Origin: Candidatus Margulisiibacteriota bacterium
GTDB lineage: Bacteria > Margulisbacteria > Marinamargulisbacteria > JBFWNS01
Length of the DNA stretch: 64,000 nt
Direction: 5' to 3'
Assembly (NCBI GenBank): GCA_050250935.1
Contig: JBFWNS010000004.1
Span: 64,001-128,000, forward strand
In this document: in pieces, positions 38,338-48,011 of the stretch
How positions within the stretch are numbered: position 1 is the stretch's first letter
How the letters are laid out: each line of letters begins with the position of its first letter
Made by a program: the position numbers and the translations under genes
The notes under the pieces: model-generated
Told to the model about the DNA's origin: nothing
What the model saw: only the letters and a program-made list of their open reading frames with translations
Database searches by the model: none

Positions 38338-39434
38338 TCCCAGTCTTTCATCACCGGCTCGAACCCTTGGGCAACCAAAACCTGTTTGATTTCGGCCAAA
38401 CTTCGGTGATCTGATGTTTCGAACTGGCCTTCTGCATCCATCCCAGAATAGCCGCCAGGTGCCGTGTGCGATTCAGCCGATAGTGTAGTGATGCCCAATT
38501 TCAACAACTGATCGCGAAAAGCGGCTGGCTCGCGGGTAGACAAACTGATGCCCAAATCGGGAAACACCAACCGGAAGGCACAAATAAACTGCACCACATC
38601 CCGGTCCGTCACATCCACTTCGGGCGAAAACTCGCCATACATGTCCCGGATTCGGGGAAAAGACAGGGCATATTTGGTTTGCCAATACTGCTTCATTAAA
38701 TAGTCCAGATGATGGGCCAAAGCCAAGGCTTCGTAGCGCCAATCATAAAGCCCCAACAAGGCCCCAATGTTCATGCGGTAGAACCCGGCTTTTCCGCCAC
38801 GATCCGCAGTGTCCAAGCGATAATCCATGTTCTTTTTTTTGCCCGCTAAATGGTATTTGGCATAGGCCCCGCGGTGATAGGTTTCCTGATACACCGTCAA
38901 ACTATCGGCCCCAGCGGCCATTAAAATTTCGTATTCATCGGTTTCTAGGGGCTGAATTTCAATGCCAATCGAGGCAAAATGAGGGCGCAAAATCTGGATG
39001 GCTTTGGCGATATAAGGCACCCCGACTTTGTCTTGGGCTTCGCCGGTTAACAAGAGCAAATGCTGGAACCCTTTTGCTTTGAGCAACAAGCCCTCGGACA
39101 AAATTTCGGCTTCGGTGAGGGTTTTTCGGGGATATTTGTTGTCCACACTAAACCCGCAATACGTGCATTTGTTGTAGCACAAGTTGGACAAATACATCGG
39201 AATAAACAACTGCATGGTGTTGCCAAACCGCTGTTGGGTGAGTTTATGAGACCGCTGGGCCATCCATTCTAGGTTTTCGGGGGTTTGGGCCGCAGCAGAC
39301 AGCAACAAGGGAAAATCAGTCAGGGTGAATTTTGGCTTTCGGGCCAAGGCCGCCACTTGGGAAGAGGTAGTCTGAGCGGCTTTTTGGAGCCCTGCTTCGA
39401 GGGGAAGGTCGTTAAAAACTTGGGTAAACATCAC
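38334..39434 (-). CDS. thiH: 2-iminoacetate synthase
   Basis: YLSNLCYNKCTYCGF, YQETY, SFPR, LSTRE, PGGY. Confidence 0.92.
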   Translation of the reverse strand: MMFTQVFNDLPLEAGLQKAAQTTSSQVAALARKPKFTLTDFPLLLSAAAQTPENLEWMAQRSHKLTQQRFGNTMQLFIPMYLSNLCYNKCTYCGFSVDNKYPRKTLTEAEILSEGLLLKAKGFQHLLLLTGEAQDKVGVPYIAKAIQILRPHFASIGIEIQPLETDEYEILMAAGADSLTVYQETYHRGAYAKYHLAGKKKNMDYRLDTADRGGKAGFYRMNIGALLGLYDWRYEALALAHHLDYLMKQYWQTKYALSFPRIRDMYGEFSPEVDVTDRDVVQFICAFRLVFPDLGISLSTREPAAFRDQLLKLGITTLSAESHTAPGGYSGMDAEGQFETSDHRSLAEIKQVLVAQGFEPVMKDWD

Positions 39435-39435
39435 C

Positions 39436-40212
39436 CTAGGTTAAAAACCCAGTTAAGGGTGAAGAGGCTTCGGCTTTGATCGAAGTGCCGGGCAAACCGG
39501 CCAAAAACGCTTCCCGGCCAGCTTCTACGGCTTTTTTGAAGGCGGCTGCAAAACGGACAGGGTCTGGGGAGGTGGCCATGGCGGTGTTTACCAGGACGGC
39601 ATCGGCACCCAGTTCCATGGCCTCTGCTGCTTGGGACGGCGCACCTAGCCCAGCATCCACGACCACCGGAACGGTGGATTGCTCGATAATCATGGCAATA
39701 AAGTCGCGGGTTCGAAGGCCCAAATTACTGCCAATGGGGGCAGCCAAAGGCATGACGGTGGCACATCCAATCTCTTCCAAGCGTTTGGCCAAAACAGGGT
39801 CGGCTTGAATGTAGGGCAACACGGTAAAGCCTTCTTTAACCAACTGTTCGGCGGCCTTCAGGGTTTCAACAGGATCGGGCATTAAATAGTTGGGGTCTGG
39901 AATCACTTCCAACTTCACCCAATCCGATACCCCAGAATGACGGGCAATCCGGGCAATGCGAAGGGCTTCTTCGGCATTTCTGGCCCCAGAGGTATTGGGC
40001 AAAAACAAAAAGTGTTTCGGATCGATACGGGTAACAAACGAATCTTGGGGATTGGTTAAATCCACACGCCGAACCGCCACCGTGACGATTTCGGCACCCG
40101 AGGCTTCAACTGCGGCTTGCATGACATCTGGCGACGCAAACTTGCCCGTCCCCACCAACAAACGGGAGGTAAAGGCACGACCAGCAATAATCAGGGCATC
40201 ATGGGCTGACAT
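39436..40212 (-). CDS. thiG: Thiazole synthase
   Basis: [30 protein letters not shown]. Confidence 0.95.
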   Translation of the reverse strand: MSAHDALIIAGRAFTSRLLVGTGKFASPDVMQAAVEASGAEIVTVAVRRVDLTNPQDSFVTRIDPKHFLFLPNTSGARNAEEALRIARIARHSGVSDWVKLEVIPDPNYLMPDPVETLKAAEQLVKEGFTVLPYIQADPVLAKRLEEIGCATVMPLAAPIGSNLGLRTRDFIAMIIEQSTVPVVVDAGLGAPSQAAEAMELGADAVLVNTAMATSPDPVRFAAAFKKAVEAGREAFLAGLPGTSIKAEASSPLTGFLT

Positions 40213-40229
40213 AACCCTGTTATTCTAGC

Positions 40230-43200
40230 CTAGAATGTGTCTACTAACAACGAGGCAGGGGAATCTCCATCACGATGCTGAAGAGAAGTAGGGTTTTCAA
40301 AAACCATCGGCATTTTATGATCCATGGCTGAACCAAACCGATCCATGGCCTTGTCCACAACCTGGGCATTAAACCAGTGGTTGGGTCCGGTTAATAAACC
40401 TGCCAAACCGGTTTGAATACCACTGCGAACCGCCTCTTGAAATTGATCAATTTGCGCCTGGCTGAAACGGGCTTCGTCGTTGAGGTCCCCAACCTGATTT
40501 GGGCTTAACCCCAAAGTCGCCAACGCTTGGGTGATGGCCGCATTGACCACCTTGTCGGCGGCTGGCGTAAACTGGCCAGCTTCGGAAATCAGCGCCATCG
40601 ATGCAGCAGCAATGGCGGGAGAATTGGGAGACCCGGCTTTGGCCAAGGCTTTGCCAATGGTTTCTCGAACAAACCCGTCCAACAACGCCAAGGAATGCGG
40701 ATTTTCATTTTTACCCAACAGCGGCACCAAATTGGCCATGGCATCCTGCATATTTCCAGCTGCAACGCCTTGTAAAACAGACAAACGAACCGCGCCACTA
40801 GACTCCACATCTTGGGTCGAAACCGGCGTGGATTCAAACAGGACCTGGGCACTGGCCAGCATATTTTGTTCCAACGTTTCAACCTGAGCTTTTAATTGAT
40901 GGCTAACCATCCCTTCCCCAACCTGTTTGTAAAGGGCCATGGCGGTATCCAGTTTGGCATCCAACGCCGTCTGCACAAGACTTCTGGCCTCTGAATCCTC
41001 GCCCAAAAACCGCGTCATCATGGTGTTTACCCTTGTCCTGAAGGCCGCTTCGGACAATCGGAAAGGAGACTTTTCGTATAGGGCATTGGTTACAGATCGG
41101 TCCACAACCCCATCCAGCATCTCCAAATAACGGGTTGATTGTTGATCAAAAAGCCGGGTTAAAACCGCTTGAAAATACCCCTCTCGGCGTGCTGCCAGGG
41201 TCTCTCGACCAAACTCGGTAGCCGGTTGAACGGCACCCAAGGTTTCTTCGATTACCCGACGCAGGGCGTGGACATCGACATCATCTGCAGAAATCGCAGC
41301 CAATTTTTCGTCGGCCACACGTTCTGCTGCATCAGCAGCGGCCATAACCGATTGGCGATCCGAAGCAGCGGCTTGAATGGCTTTAGAAATCGGGTGGTTT
41401 TCATCCGAAAAAACGGGCATGGACAAAGCCTCGGTATACTGTTGTTTGGCTTTTTCTGGAATGGAGCGAAACGATTCTAAAAGGGTTCGGGTTAACGGTG
41501 TGGTTGGATCTATAATGGTAAACACCTGGGTTGAAAGCTCGGCATTGTCGGACAAAAAATGAGGCTGAACAATGCTGAGGTGAAGGGTTTTAACCCCCTT
41601 GTCTTCCCGAATCTGGGCCTGGTACAACCGCCCATCTGGCCCCTTAATTTGACGAGGCTCTGAAGTGGACTGGGCATCATCGGCGAAAAAGACGAAAGGG
41701 AAACCCGCCGCATCGGCTTGAGCCAATCGGGCCAAGAAAGCACCATTGTCCAAACTTTGGGTTGAAGCAGGACCTATCATCCCCAAAACGGCCTCGGTAG
41801 GTAGAGGAGCGGCCGCTTCTGTAGCGAAAAGGGCATCCAAATCTTCGATCGCCACATCACCAGGCACATCGGGCTCTGGCACCGGTGCCAAGTCAAAATT
41901 GACCGTAGTCGTTTGAGACAACCCTTCCGCGACAGCGGACAACCGTTCATAGGCACTGATATAGGCCGCTGGGGCTCTAAACGCAGCCGTATTAAGCCGA
42001 TTCACAGCAGGCAATTGGTCTGCAGTCAGTGCAGGCCCACCGGGGGTAGCCCCTACTACCGACGGCGACTTCAAGGTAAACGATTTTAATTCCTGAACAC
42101 CATCACCCGCCTTATCCGTTACCGTTAGCACATGAAGGGTGCCTGCAAAGTCAATTCGAACATCCAAAACCGGAACATCGTTTCCACCAGAAGCTTCTCT
42201 TAATGCCGCTTCGGCTTCCTTCATTAAAGCCGTTGTCGCAGTTCCTTTTCCTTCAACAAAACGACTCAGAAGTCGACACGCCTCCGATAGGGTTTTGTTG
42301 TCTGGTTGGCTTAAAAATTTTTGTACACCTGCGTCCTTAAGCAAGGCCACAAACGACTGCCGAAGCCCAGGACCCGGATAGGCCAAAAACTGTTGAAGCT
42401 TCAAAAACAGCATTTCTGGAACCGATTGATCGGTAAAATTTCGCACAAACGCATTCGAAGACACCCATTTGCCGCTGGCCCCACCTGCTTTGGCCAGCTC
42501 GGTCATGGCCACCGTAAAGGCCGCACCAACCGCCCGGTCTTTGGTAAGCTGAGCCTCAATATCTTGTTTGGGCGCAACACCTTCCCCTGCCTTTTCTGGG
42601 TAATCCAGATGGAGTTTCATCAGCAGATTGGCCCCCAAAAACGCTTGTTTTAGTGCTTCTCTGGCTTCTGGCTTTACAGAACCCGGCTCCAGGATATTGC
42701 GAACATCCAATCGGGCCATTTCAAGCCGAAGCGAGTACATGACATCTCGCAACTGCTGAACCCCCAAAGACCACTCTTTGGCATCAAATTTTTGAAGTTT
42801 GTCTGGGCTGATTAACAACTTAACGGTTCGTTGAAGCTGCCCAATTGTATCGTCCATCGTTGGGCTTAAATGCATATTTGCAACATCAATCAACACCGCT
42901 TGGGTGCTGGCAGAAGTCGCCAACATGGACTCGAAATGGGCCATGGCTTCTTGGGACTGCGCCAACTGCCGGGCAACATCACCCAAGGCCCCATCGGTGC
43001 CCATTAACAGCACAGCCGCCATCCGACGACCCGCAACATGGTCTGTTCCTTCTGGCAAATCAAGCATCGCCACATGCTCGGCAGACGCCGACGCCGTTCC
43101 CGATAAATAAGGGCGAACCAAGGCTTTAAGGGTATCCACAATGGCTTGCATGTCTTCTGAAATCGATTTTGAATCCCCAGTCTCGTGATGCGTTAAAGTT

Positions 43201-44516
43201 CGAAGTTCAATCAACACTTCCCTTGCCAATTGTCGTTTGTCCGCAGCACTTAGCGGCGGGGTCTGGGGTTGGGTTAACAACACTTTGGCTTGATCCAACC
43301 GAACCAAACTCTTATGTTGTTCAGGCGATGTGCTGGGCTGTTGATCCACCAACGCCATTAATTGCCCAACCGATGCCCACTGAATTTGATCTAAAAACTG
43401 TCCTTGTTCGATCAGCAACTGATTCAACCCAGCCAATTGGGCTTGGGCACGACCAATCGCATCTTTATGCGCATCCAGTCCTTTATTACTTTGCAACAAA
43501 GGCACCAAGTCTTCGGTGATGGTTGAAATAGAGGCTTTAATCGCCTTACTGGATTTTTGGGCCATTTCCTCGAGCTCTTGGGTGAGTCGGGTAATGTCTT
43601 TGTCCGATAAACTGGCGGAATCCAAGCCTTCCATAAAGGTTCTAAGACCTTGAATGGCTTCGTGAAGAACAGCTTTGGCTTGTACAACATGAGAACCCAA
43701 CTGGTCTTCCACAGCCGCTAATTTGCTTTCAAACGATTGGAAAACAGAGCCCATTTTTTCGGCCATCATCACCACTCGGGTTGGGATTCCCACCTGGGCG
43801 GTCGACTGGGTTGGCAATTGGGGAGGTGCCACATACAAGTCATTATTGATGGCTTGGTATAAAGCAGCATATTGGATCTGAACCCGAGCCAAGGCTTTTT
43901 CGGCCCGAGAACTTAAAACAGCTGTTCCAATTTTACCAATCAGCTTAAAAATCCCCCCGCGATTGGCCCATTTTTGAAAAAACCGAAAGCGGTCCAAGGT
44001 TTTTTGATCCGCAGGTTTGACATCTTTTTTCTGGGTAACCCCGCCGCTCAGCAAGCCTTCCGTTGTGGTGGCCGTAAATTGGCGAGACAATTGCAGGGCT
44101 CGAAGGGCCCCTTTCCCTTTGAGGCTGCTTAATTCATCGGGGGAAATCATGCGGGCATAAACACCGTCTTTACCCCCTTGGGCACCCCGAACAAACAAGG
44201 CATCACCCCGTCGCACAACGGTGATCGAGCCATCGGGATTGACCCCCAAATTAAAGTCCCGAGATACCCGATCGGCCGACAAGGGCACTGTTTGCCCCCG
44301 AACCGTGGTAATTTTAACCGACGCCTGTTGCGTCGCCACATCATGAGAAGACGGCTGTTGATCTTGCTGTTGAGGCGGATTTTCGCTGGTTGCATCCCGA
44401 AACGCCTGGCTTGCAGTTTGTTTGGCTGCAGCTGCACTGTGCGATTCTTCTGTATGAACAACATGAACAGAACTGGTACTCGAACTTCGTCTTAAAGAAT
44501 CAAGACCTCCACCCAT
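40230..44516 (-). CDS. Large orphan helical protein (~1430 aa), effector-like N-terminus
   Basis: Uninterrupted ORF; GGAGG RBS before MGGGLDS; Ser/Gln-rich N-terminus, coiled-coil-like middle. Confidence 0.75.
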   Translation of the reverse strand: MGGGLDSLRRSSSTSSVHVVHTEESHSAAAAKQTASQAFRDATSENPPQQQDQQPSSHDVATQQASVKITTVRGQTVPLSADRVSRDFNLGVNPDGSITVVRRGDALFVRGAQGGKDGVYARMISPDELSSLKGKGALRALQLSRQFTATTTEGLLSGGVTQKKDVKPADQKTLDRFRFFQKWANRGGIFKLIGKIGTAVLSSRAEKALARVQIQYAALYQAINNDLYVAPPQLPTQSTAQVGIPTRVVMMAEKMGSVFQSFESKLAAVEDQLGSHVVQAKAVLHEAIQGLRTFMEGLDSASLSDKDITRLTQELEEMAQKSSKAIKASISTITEDLVPLLQSNKGLDAHKDAIGRAQAQLAGLNQLLIEQGQFLDQIQWASVGQLMALVDQQPSTSPEQHKSLVRLDQAKVLLTQPQTPPLSAADKRQLAREVLIELRTLTHHETGDSKSISEDMQAIVDTLKALVRPYLSGTASASAEHVAMLDLPEGTDHVAGRRMAAVLLMGTDGALGDVARQLAQSQEAMAHFESMLATSASTQAVLIDVANMHLSPTMDDTIGQLQRTVKLLISPDKLQKFDAKEWSLGVQQLRDVMYSLRLEMARLDVRNILEPGSVKPEAREALKQAFLGANLLMKLHLDYPEKAGEGVAPKQDIEAQLTKDRAVGAAFTVAMTELAKAGGASGKWVSSNAFVRNFTDQSVPEMLFLKLQQFLAYPGPGLRQSFVALLKDAGVQKFLSQPDNKTLSEACRLLSRFVEGKGTATTALMKEAEAALREASGGNDVPVLDVRIDFAGTLHVLTVTDKAGDGVQELKSFTLKSPSVVGATPGGPALTADQLPAVNRLNTAAFRAPAAYISAYERLSAVAEGLSQTTTVNFDLAPVPEPDVPGDVAIEDLDALFATEAAAPLPTEAVLGMIGPASTQSLDNGAFLARLAQADAAGFPFVFFADDAQSTSEPRQIKGPDGRLYQAQIREDKGVKTLHLSIVQPHFLSDNAELSTQVFTIIDPTTPLTRTLLESFRSIPEKAKQQYTEALSMPVFSDENHPISKAIQAAASDRQSVMAAADAAERVADEKLAAISADDVDVHALRRVIEETLGAVQPATEFGRETLAARREGYFQAVLTRLFDQQSTRYLEMLDGVVDRSVTNALYEKSPFRLSEAAFRTRVNTMMTRFLGEDSEARSLVQTALDAKLDTAMALYKQVGEGMVSHQLKAQVETLEQNMLASAQVLFESTPVSTQDVESSGAVRLSVLQGVAAGNMQDAMANLVPLLGKNENPHSLALLDGFVRETIGKALAKAGSPNSPAIAAASMALISEAGQFTPAADKVVNAAITQALATLGLSPNQVGDLNDEARFSQAQIDQFQEAVRSGIQTGLAGLLTGPNHWFNAQVVDKAMDRFGSAMDHKMPMVFENPTSLQHRDGDSPASLLVDTF

Positions 44517-44535
44517 TTGAACAGCCCTCCATATG

Positions 44536-44955
44536 CTATCGTTTTGTAAACACAACGTCTGTGGTTGGTAGCAGAATCAAGCCCGCCAACCGATTGCTTA
44601 GGCTTACCAAGGTCGGCCAAAAATCGGCAGACGCAGCTTTCTCATTCACCACAACCGTCCCAGACTCGAAATCCACCACAATGGTCTGTGTACCAACCCC
44701 ACGACGAATCGTAACCGTGATGTTTTTGGAGATCACTTTTACCGAAAATGTCCCCTCTTGCCCCTGGCCCATGGGCCCCAAAAATTCAACGCCCTCATAA
44801 CGCTGTTTCAAAAGGGCTGAGGCAAATTTTGAAAGCGAAAGACAGTATCGGGCATAGCGAGAAGACAGATCATGAGTACCCTCCTTGGAACCCTGTCGAT
44901 GAACTTCTTTAAGTAAAATCCCCGCCATATTAACGGCATGACGCGCAGTATGCAT
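44536..44955 (-). CDS. Hypothetical protein (139 aa)
   Basis: Co-oriented, ends 20 bp before the large orphan. Confidence 0.6.
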   Translation of the reverse strand: MHTARHAVNMAGILLKEVHRQGSKEGTHDLSSRYARYCLSLSKFASALLKQRYEGVEFLGPMGQGQEGTFSVKVISKNITVTIRRGVGTQTIVVDFESGTVVVNEKAASADFWPTLVSLSNRLAGLILLPTTDVVFTKR

Positions 44956-44990
44956 GTCGATAAAGTACCCCTTTTAGCAAGAGGCTAAAC

Positions 44991-46298
44991 CTAGCCGTCC
45001 TCGCCCTCGTCTTCGGGAACCACAATCTGCTCAACCAAAATTTTATCGATGCGATTGCCATCCATATCGATCACTTCGAACCGAAACTGAAGCCAATCAA
45101 ACCCTTCTCCGGTTTTGGGGATGTGTTTGATTTTATGCAACACAAAACCACCCAGGGTGTGGAACCCCGTTTTGTCTTCGGTTTTAACATCTTCAATTTC
45201 AAAATGGGTTAAAAATTCTTCGAAAGGAATCAGGGCATCCACCAACCAAGACCCATCCGAACGTTGAACGATTTCAGGCTCATCATCCGTTAAAATAAAC
45301 TCCCCAATCAAGGCTTCCAACACATCGTTTAAAGTCACCAAGCCTTGAATATCGCCAAATTCATCGATCACCAAAGCATCGTGGGTTTTGGCTTCTTTAA
45401 ACTTTTCGATGGCCTTCAGCGCCTTCATGTGTTCGGGTAAAAACAAGGGCGGGGTTGCCAACCGAGCCCAAGCAGCCACATCGGTTCTGTCGTTTTGTTC
45501 CAACAGGGTTTTAATGTTAATCATGCCCACCACGTCGTCCAATCCCCCTTTGCACAGGGGAAAAGTCGAATACGAAGAGGACAAGATTTTGGCTTCGTTC
45601 AATTCAAACGAATCGTTCAGATCCAAGACCACCACATCCATTTTAGGGGTCATTAAAGAGCCTAATTTGCGGTCTCCTAGCTGAAAAACGCGCTCGACAA
45701 TGTGCTGTTCTGCTTCCTCGAATTGACCGCTTTTTTTACCTTGTTCCATCAGGGCATTGATTTCTTCTTCTGTAACCAAATGTTCGGCATGGCCGTTTTG
45801 GCGCAGCAAGGCCAACACCCCATTGGTCGAGACACTTAACAACCAAATAATCGGCGCCGAAATCCGGGAAATCATCACCATGGGCCTGGCCACCAACTTG
45901 GCCACCGTGTCTGGATATTGCAGGGCCAATCGCTTGGGAACCAATTCCCCAAACACCAGGGACACATAGGTAATCCCAGCCACCACCACCACAACGCCAA
46001 TTTCGTGATGATACGCCGCCAACAACGGAATCGACCGCAAATAGCCATCGATCACACCCGCCAATTTGGCCTCTCCAAACACCCCCAGTAAAATCCCAAT
46101 GGTGGTAATGCCCACCTGAACCGACGAAAAAAAGACGTTGGGATTGGCCATTAACCGCAAGGCTTCGATCGCTCGGGTATCTCCTTTTTCGGCTGCGGCC
46201 TCCAACTTAACTTTTTTAGCCGAAACAATGGCCGTTTCGGACATGGCAAACAACCCGTTCACCACAATCAGCAGGCCAACCATCAGCACCAAATCCAT
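44991..46298 (-). CDS. Hemolysin-family CNNM/CBS/CorC protein (TlyC-like)
   Basis: NGLFAMSE, QVGIT, GELVPK, IDEFG, IDMDGNRIDK. Confidence 0.92.
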   Translation of the reverse strand: MDLVLMVGLLIVVNGLFAMSETAIVSAKKVKLEAAAEKGDTRAIEALRLMANPNVFFSSVQVGITTIGILLGVFGEAKLAGVIDGYLRSIPLLAAYHHEIGVVVVVAGITYVSLVFGELVPKRLALQYPDTVAKLVARPMVMISRISAPIIWLLSVSTNGVLALLRQNGHAEHLVTEEEINALMEQGKKSGQFEEAEQHIVERVFQLGDRKLGSLMTPKMDVVVLDLNDSFELNEAKILSSSYSTFPLCKGGLDDVVGMINIKTLLEQNDRTDVAAWARLATPPLFLPEHMKALKAIEKFKEAKTHDALVIDEFGDIQGLVTLNDVLEALIGEFILTDDEPEIVQRSDGSWLVDALIPFEEFLTHFEIEDVKTEDKTGFHTLGGFVLHKIKHIPKTGEGFDWLQFRFEVIDMDGNRIDKILVEQIVVPEDEGEDG

Positions 46299-46301
46299 GG
46301 G

Positions 46302-47105
46302 TTAAATAATCCTGTAATACGAAAATTTGAAATAGCTGGCGATGCGTTCGAAAACAGCACCGTCGGTGTCACCAGGCAAATCCATTAAAACCTGCCGAGA
46401 CGAATCCAATCCCACCCGAGCCATAATGGGAATCCGTTGGCTGGCAAATTTTTGGCTGCCCATGTCGTTCTGATCCAGAAAATACAAGGGATATTCGGCA
46501 ATATTCAGCAGCTCGATGATTTCTTTAAAGATAAACAGGGTGTCGCTGGTTCTGGGCGTGGCATAGCCTTTGTTGATGTACACCACCACGGAATATCCCG
46601 CGCCCAACAAGGCCTTGATGTTGTCCATCGACAAGTCCAAATCGGCATCCTCATAGGAAATGGCCGAAAAAAACGACCCCACTTTGGGGAAGGGAATCAA
46701 AGGATGAACCGGAAAGTCTTTCAGCAAAGGGTGAATCGGCACCACCACCTGTTGGGCCAGCCGAAGCCAGGTAATCCAAGGCGCATAAAAATCGGTTCTG
46801 GTGGTCAAAATAATCTTGGGTTTGGCAGCATCTTCAGGCAACCATCCCAAAGGCGCATACGAATAGATCCCTCTAAAATAGAAAAACACCCGAAAATAGA
46901 CCTTTAAATAGGCAACGGACAACCGGGCTTTTGTTTTACCCGAAACCAACAGTTGAAGCAGCTTAAAGACCACACACAAAACCGCCAACGGCACATAGGC
47001 CAACAAGAACCACAGCATGCCCCGACGTCGATAAGGCTGCAACTCCAGCAGTTTTCCAACCTCGGTTTTAACGTTTTTAGGCGGCTTTTCTCGGGATGTA
47101 AACAT
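46302..47105 (-). CDS. Membrane protein, degenerate PlsC-like acyltransferase fold
   Basis: N-terminal TM; KIILTTRTDFYAP and GYSVVVYINKG resemble the NHxxxxD and FPEG blocks. Confidence 0.5.
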   Translation of the reverse strand: MFTSREKPPKNVKTEVGKLLELQPYRRRGMLWFLLAYVPLAVLCVVFKLLQLLVSGKTKARLSVAYLKVYFRVFFYFRGIYSYAPLGWLPEDAAKPKIILTTRTDFYAPWITWLRLAQQVVVPIHPLLKDFPVHPLIPFPKVGSFFSAISYEDADLDLSMDNIKALLGAGYSVVVYINKGYATPRTSDTLFIFKEIIELLNIAEYPLYFLDQNDMGSQKFASQRIPIMARVGLDSSRQVLMDLPGDTDGAVFERIASYFKFSYYRII

Positions 47106-47107
47106 GG

Positions 47108-47692
47108 CTAAATGGTTTGCCCTTTATCGTTGTTCAGCATGTCTTGAATCTTTTTCTCTCGGGCTTTGAGGGAAGCAGCATCGTCCACTTCTTTGAGTTT
47201 GATGTCGGGTTTTTCGGGCAATTTCTCGGATTCTGGCGTGTCTGAAACCACAACTGGCGCTTCGTCCACACTGCCTTCTGGAACACCATCGAGGGTTTGA
47301 ACCTCGGCTTTTTCGGGCACGGTTTGCGACACCATCGACGGGGCTTGGGTTTTTATGGGTGCAGGCGGAACCACGTCCACACGCTTGGGCTCGGCGGGCC
47401 TTGGCTCTGGCTTTGGCACACCATCGGAAACACTGGTATTTTGCACAGGGGGTTCTGGGTCTTTTTCAACGGGCACCCCATCTTTTGCCACCACCATGGG
47501 CGCCAGCATAGTCAAATCAACAGGTTTGGGTTGGGGCGTTGGAATCAAAGGCGTGTAAGGGGCTTCTTTGGCCAAGGTTTTACGGGCCTGGTCAATACGA
47601 CCTGCCACCCCATCCAAAAACGAATCCAGCTGGTCTGGGTTCTTCAGCAAGTTTAAAAAATCAGCATCGCTTAACTGGGGGTTATCAGGCAT
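47108..47692 (-). CDS. Hypothetical Pro/Glu-rich low-complexity protein
   Basis: ATG overlaps the upstream stop (ATGCCTGA). Confidence 0.6.
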   Translation of the reverse strand: MPDNPQLSDADFLNLLKNPDQLDSFLDGVAGRIDQARKTLAKEAPYTPLIPTPQPKPVDLTMLAPMVVAKDGVPVEKDPEPPVQNTSVSDGVPKPEPRPAEPKRVDVVPPAPIKTQAPSMVSQTVPEKAEVQTLDGVPEGSVDEAPVVVSDTPESEKLPEKPDIKLKEVDDAASLKAREKKIQDMLNNDKGQTI

Positions 47693-47981
47693 TGGTGTCC
47701 GAGGCATTGGGCGATTCTGGGGTTTCGGTATCCCGAATCTCTTGGAGCCTATTGCGAATATCGGCATCCAGTTTTTGAAGGCTTCCCAAAAATTCCCGTT
47801 GGGTTTTTTGAAGCTTCATCAAGTTTTCTCTGGAACGAACCTCGGCTTCGGCTGCATCTTTTTCCATTTGCTTTAGGATGCTGCGATTGGCCAAAATGTC
47901 GACAATACTTCTAAAAACCAGGGCAATAACCAACGCAATAAAGCCGCCGGCAAAAACCATTAATCCAATATTTTCCATCAT
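47685..47981 (-). CDS. Hypothetical single-TM coiled-coil protein
   Basis: AAGGAG RBS, N-terminal TM, charged helix. Confidence 0.7.
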   Translation of the reverse strand: MMENIGLMVFAGGFIALVIALVFRSIVDILANRSILKQMEKDAAEAEVRSRENLMKLQKTQREFLGSLQKLDADIRNRLQEIRDTETPESPNASDTNA

Positions 47982-48011
47982 GTCTCCTTGAGAGCCCTCA
48001 TTTTACGGTGA

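Noticed and set aside
47108..47981. Single frameshifted gene
   Set aside because: An ATG at 47692 overlaps the upstream stop in ordinary translational-coupling fashion
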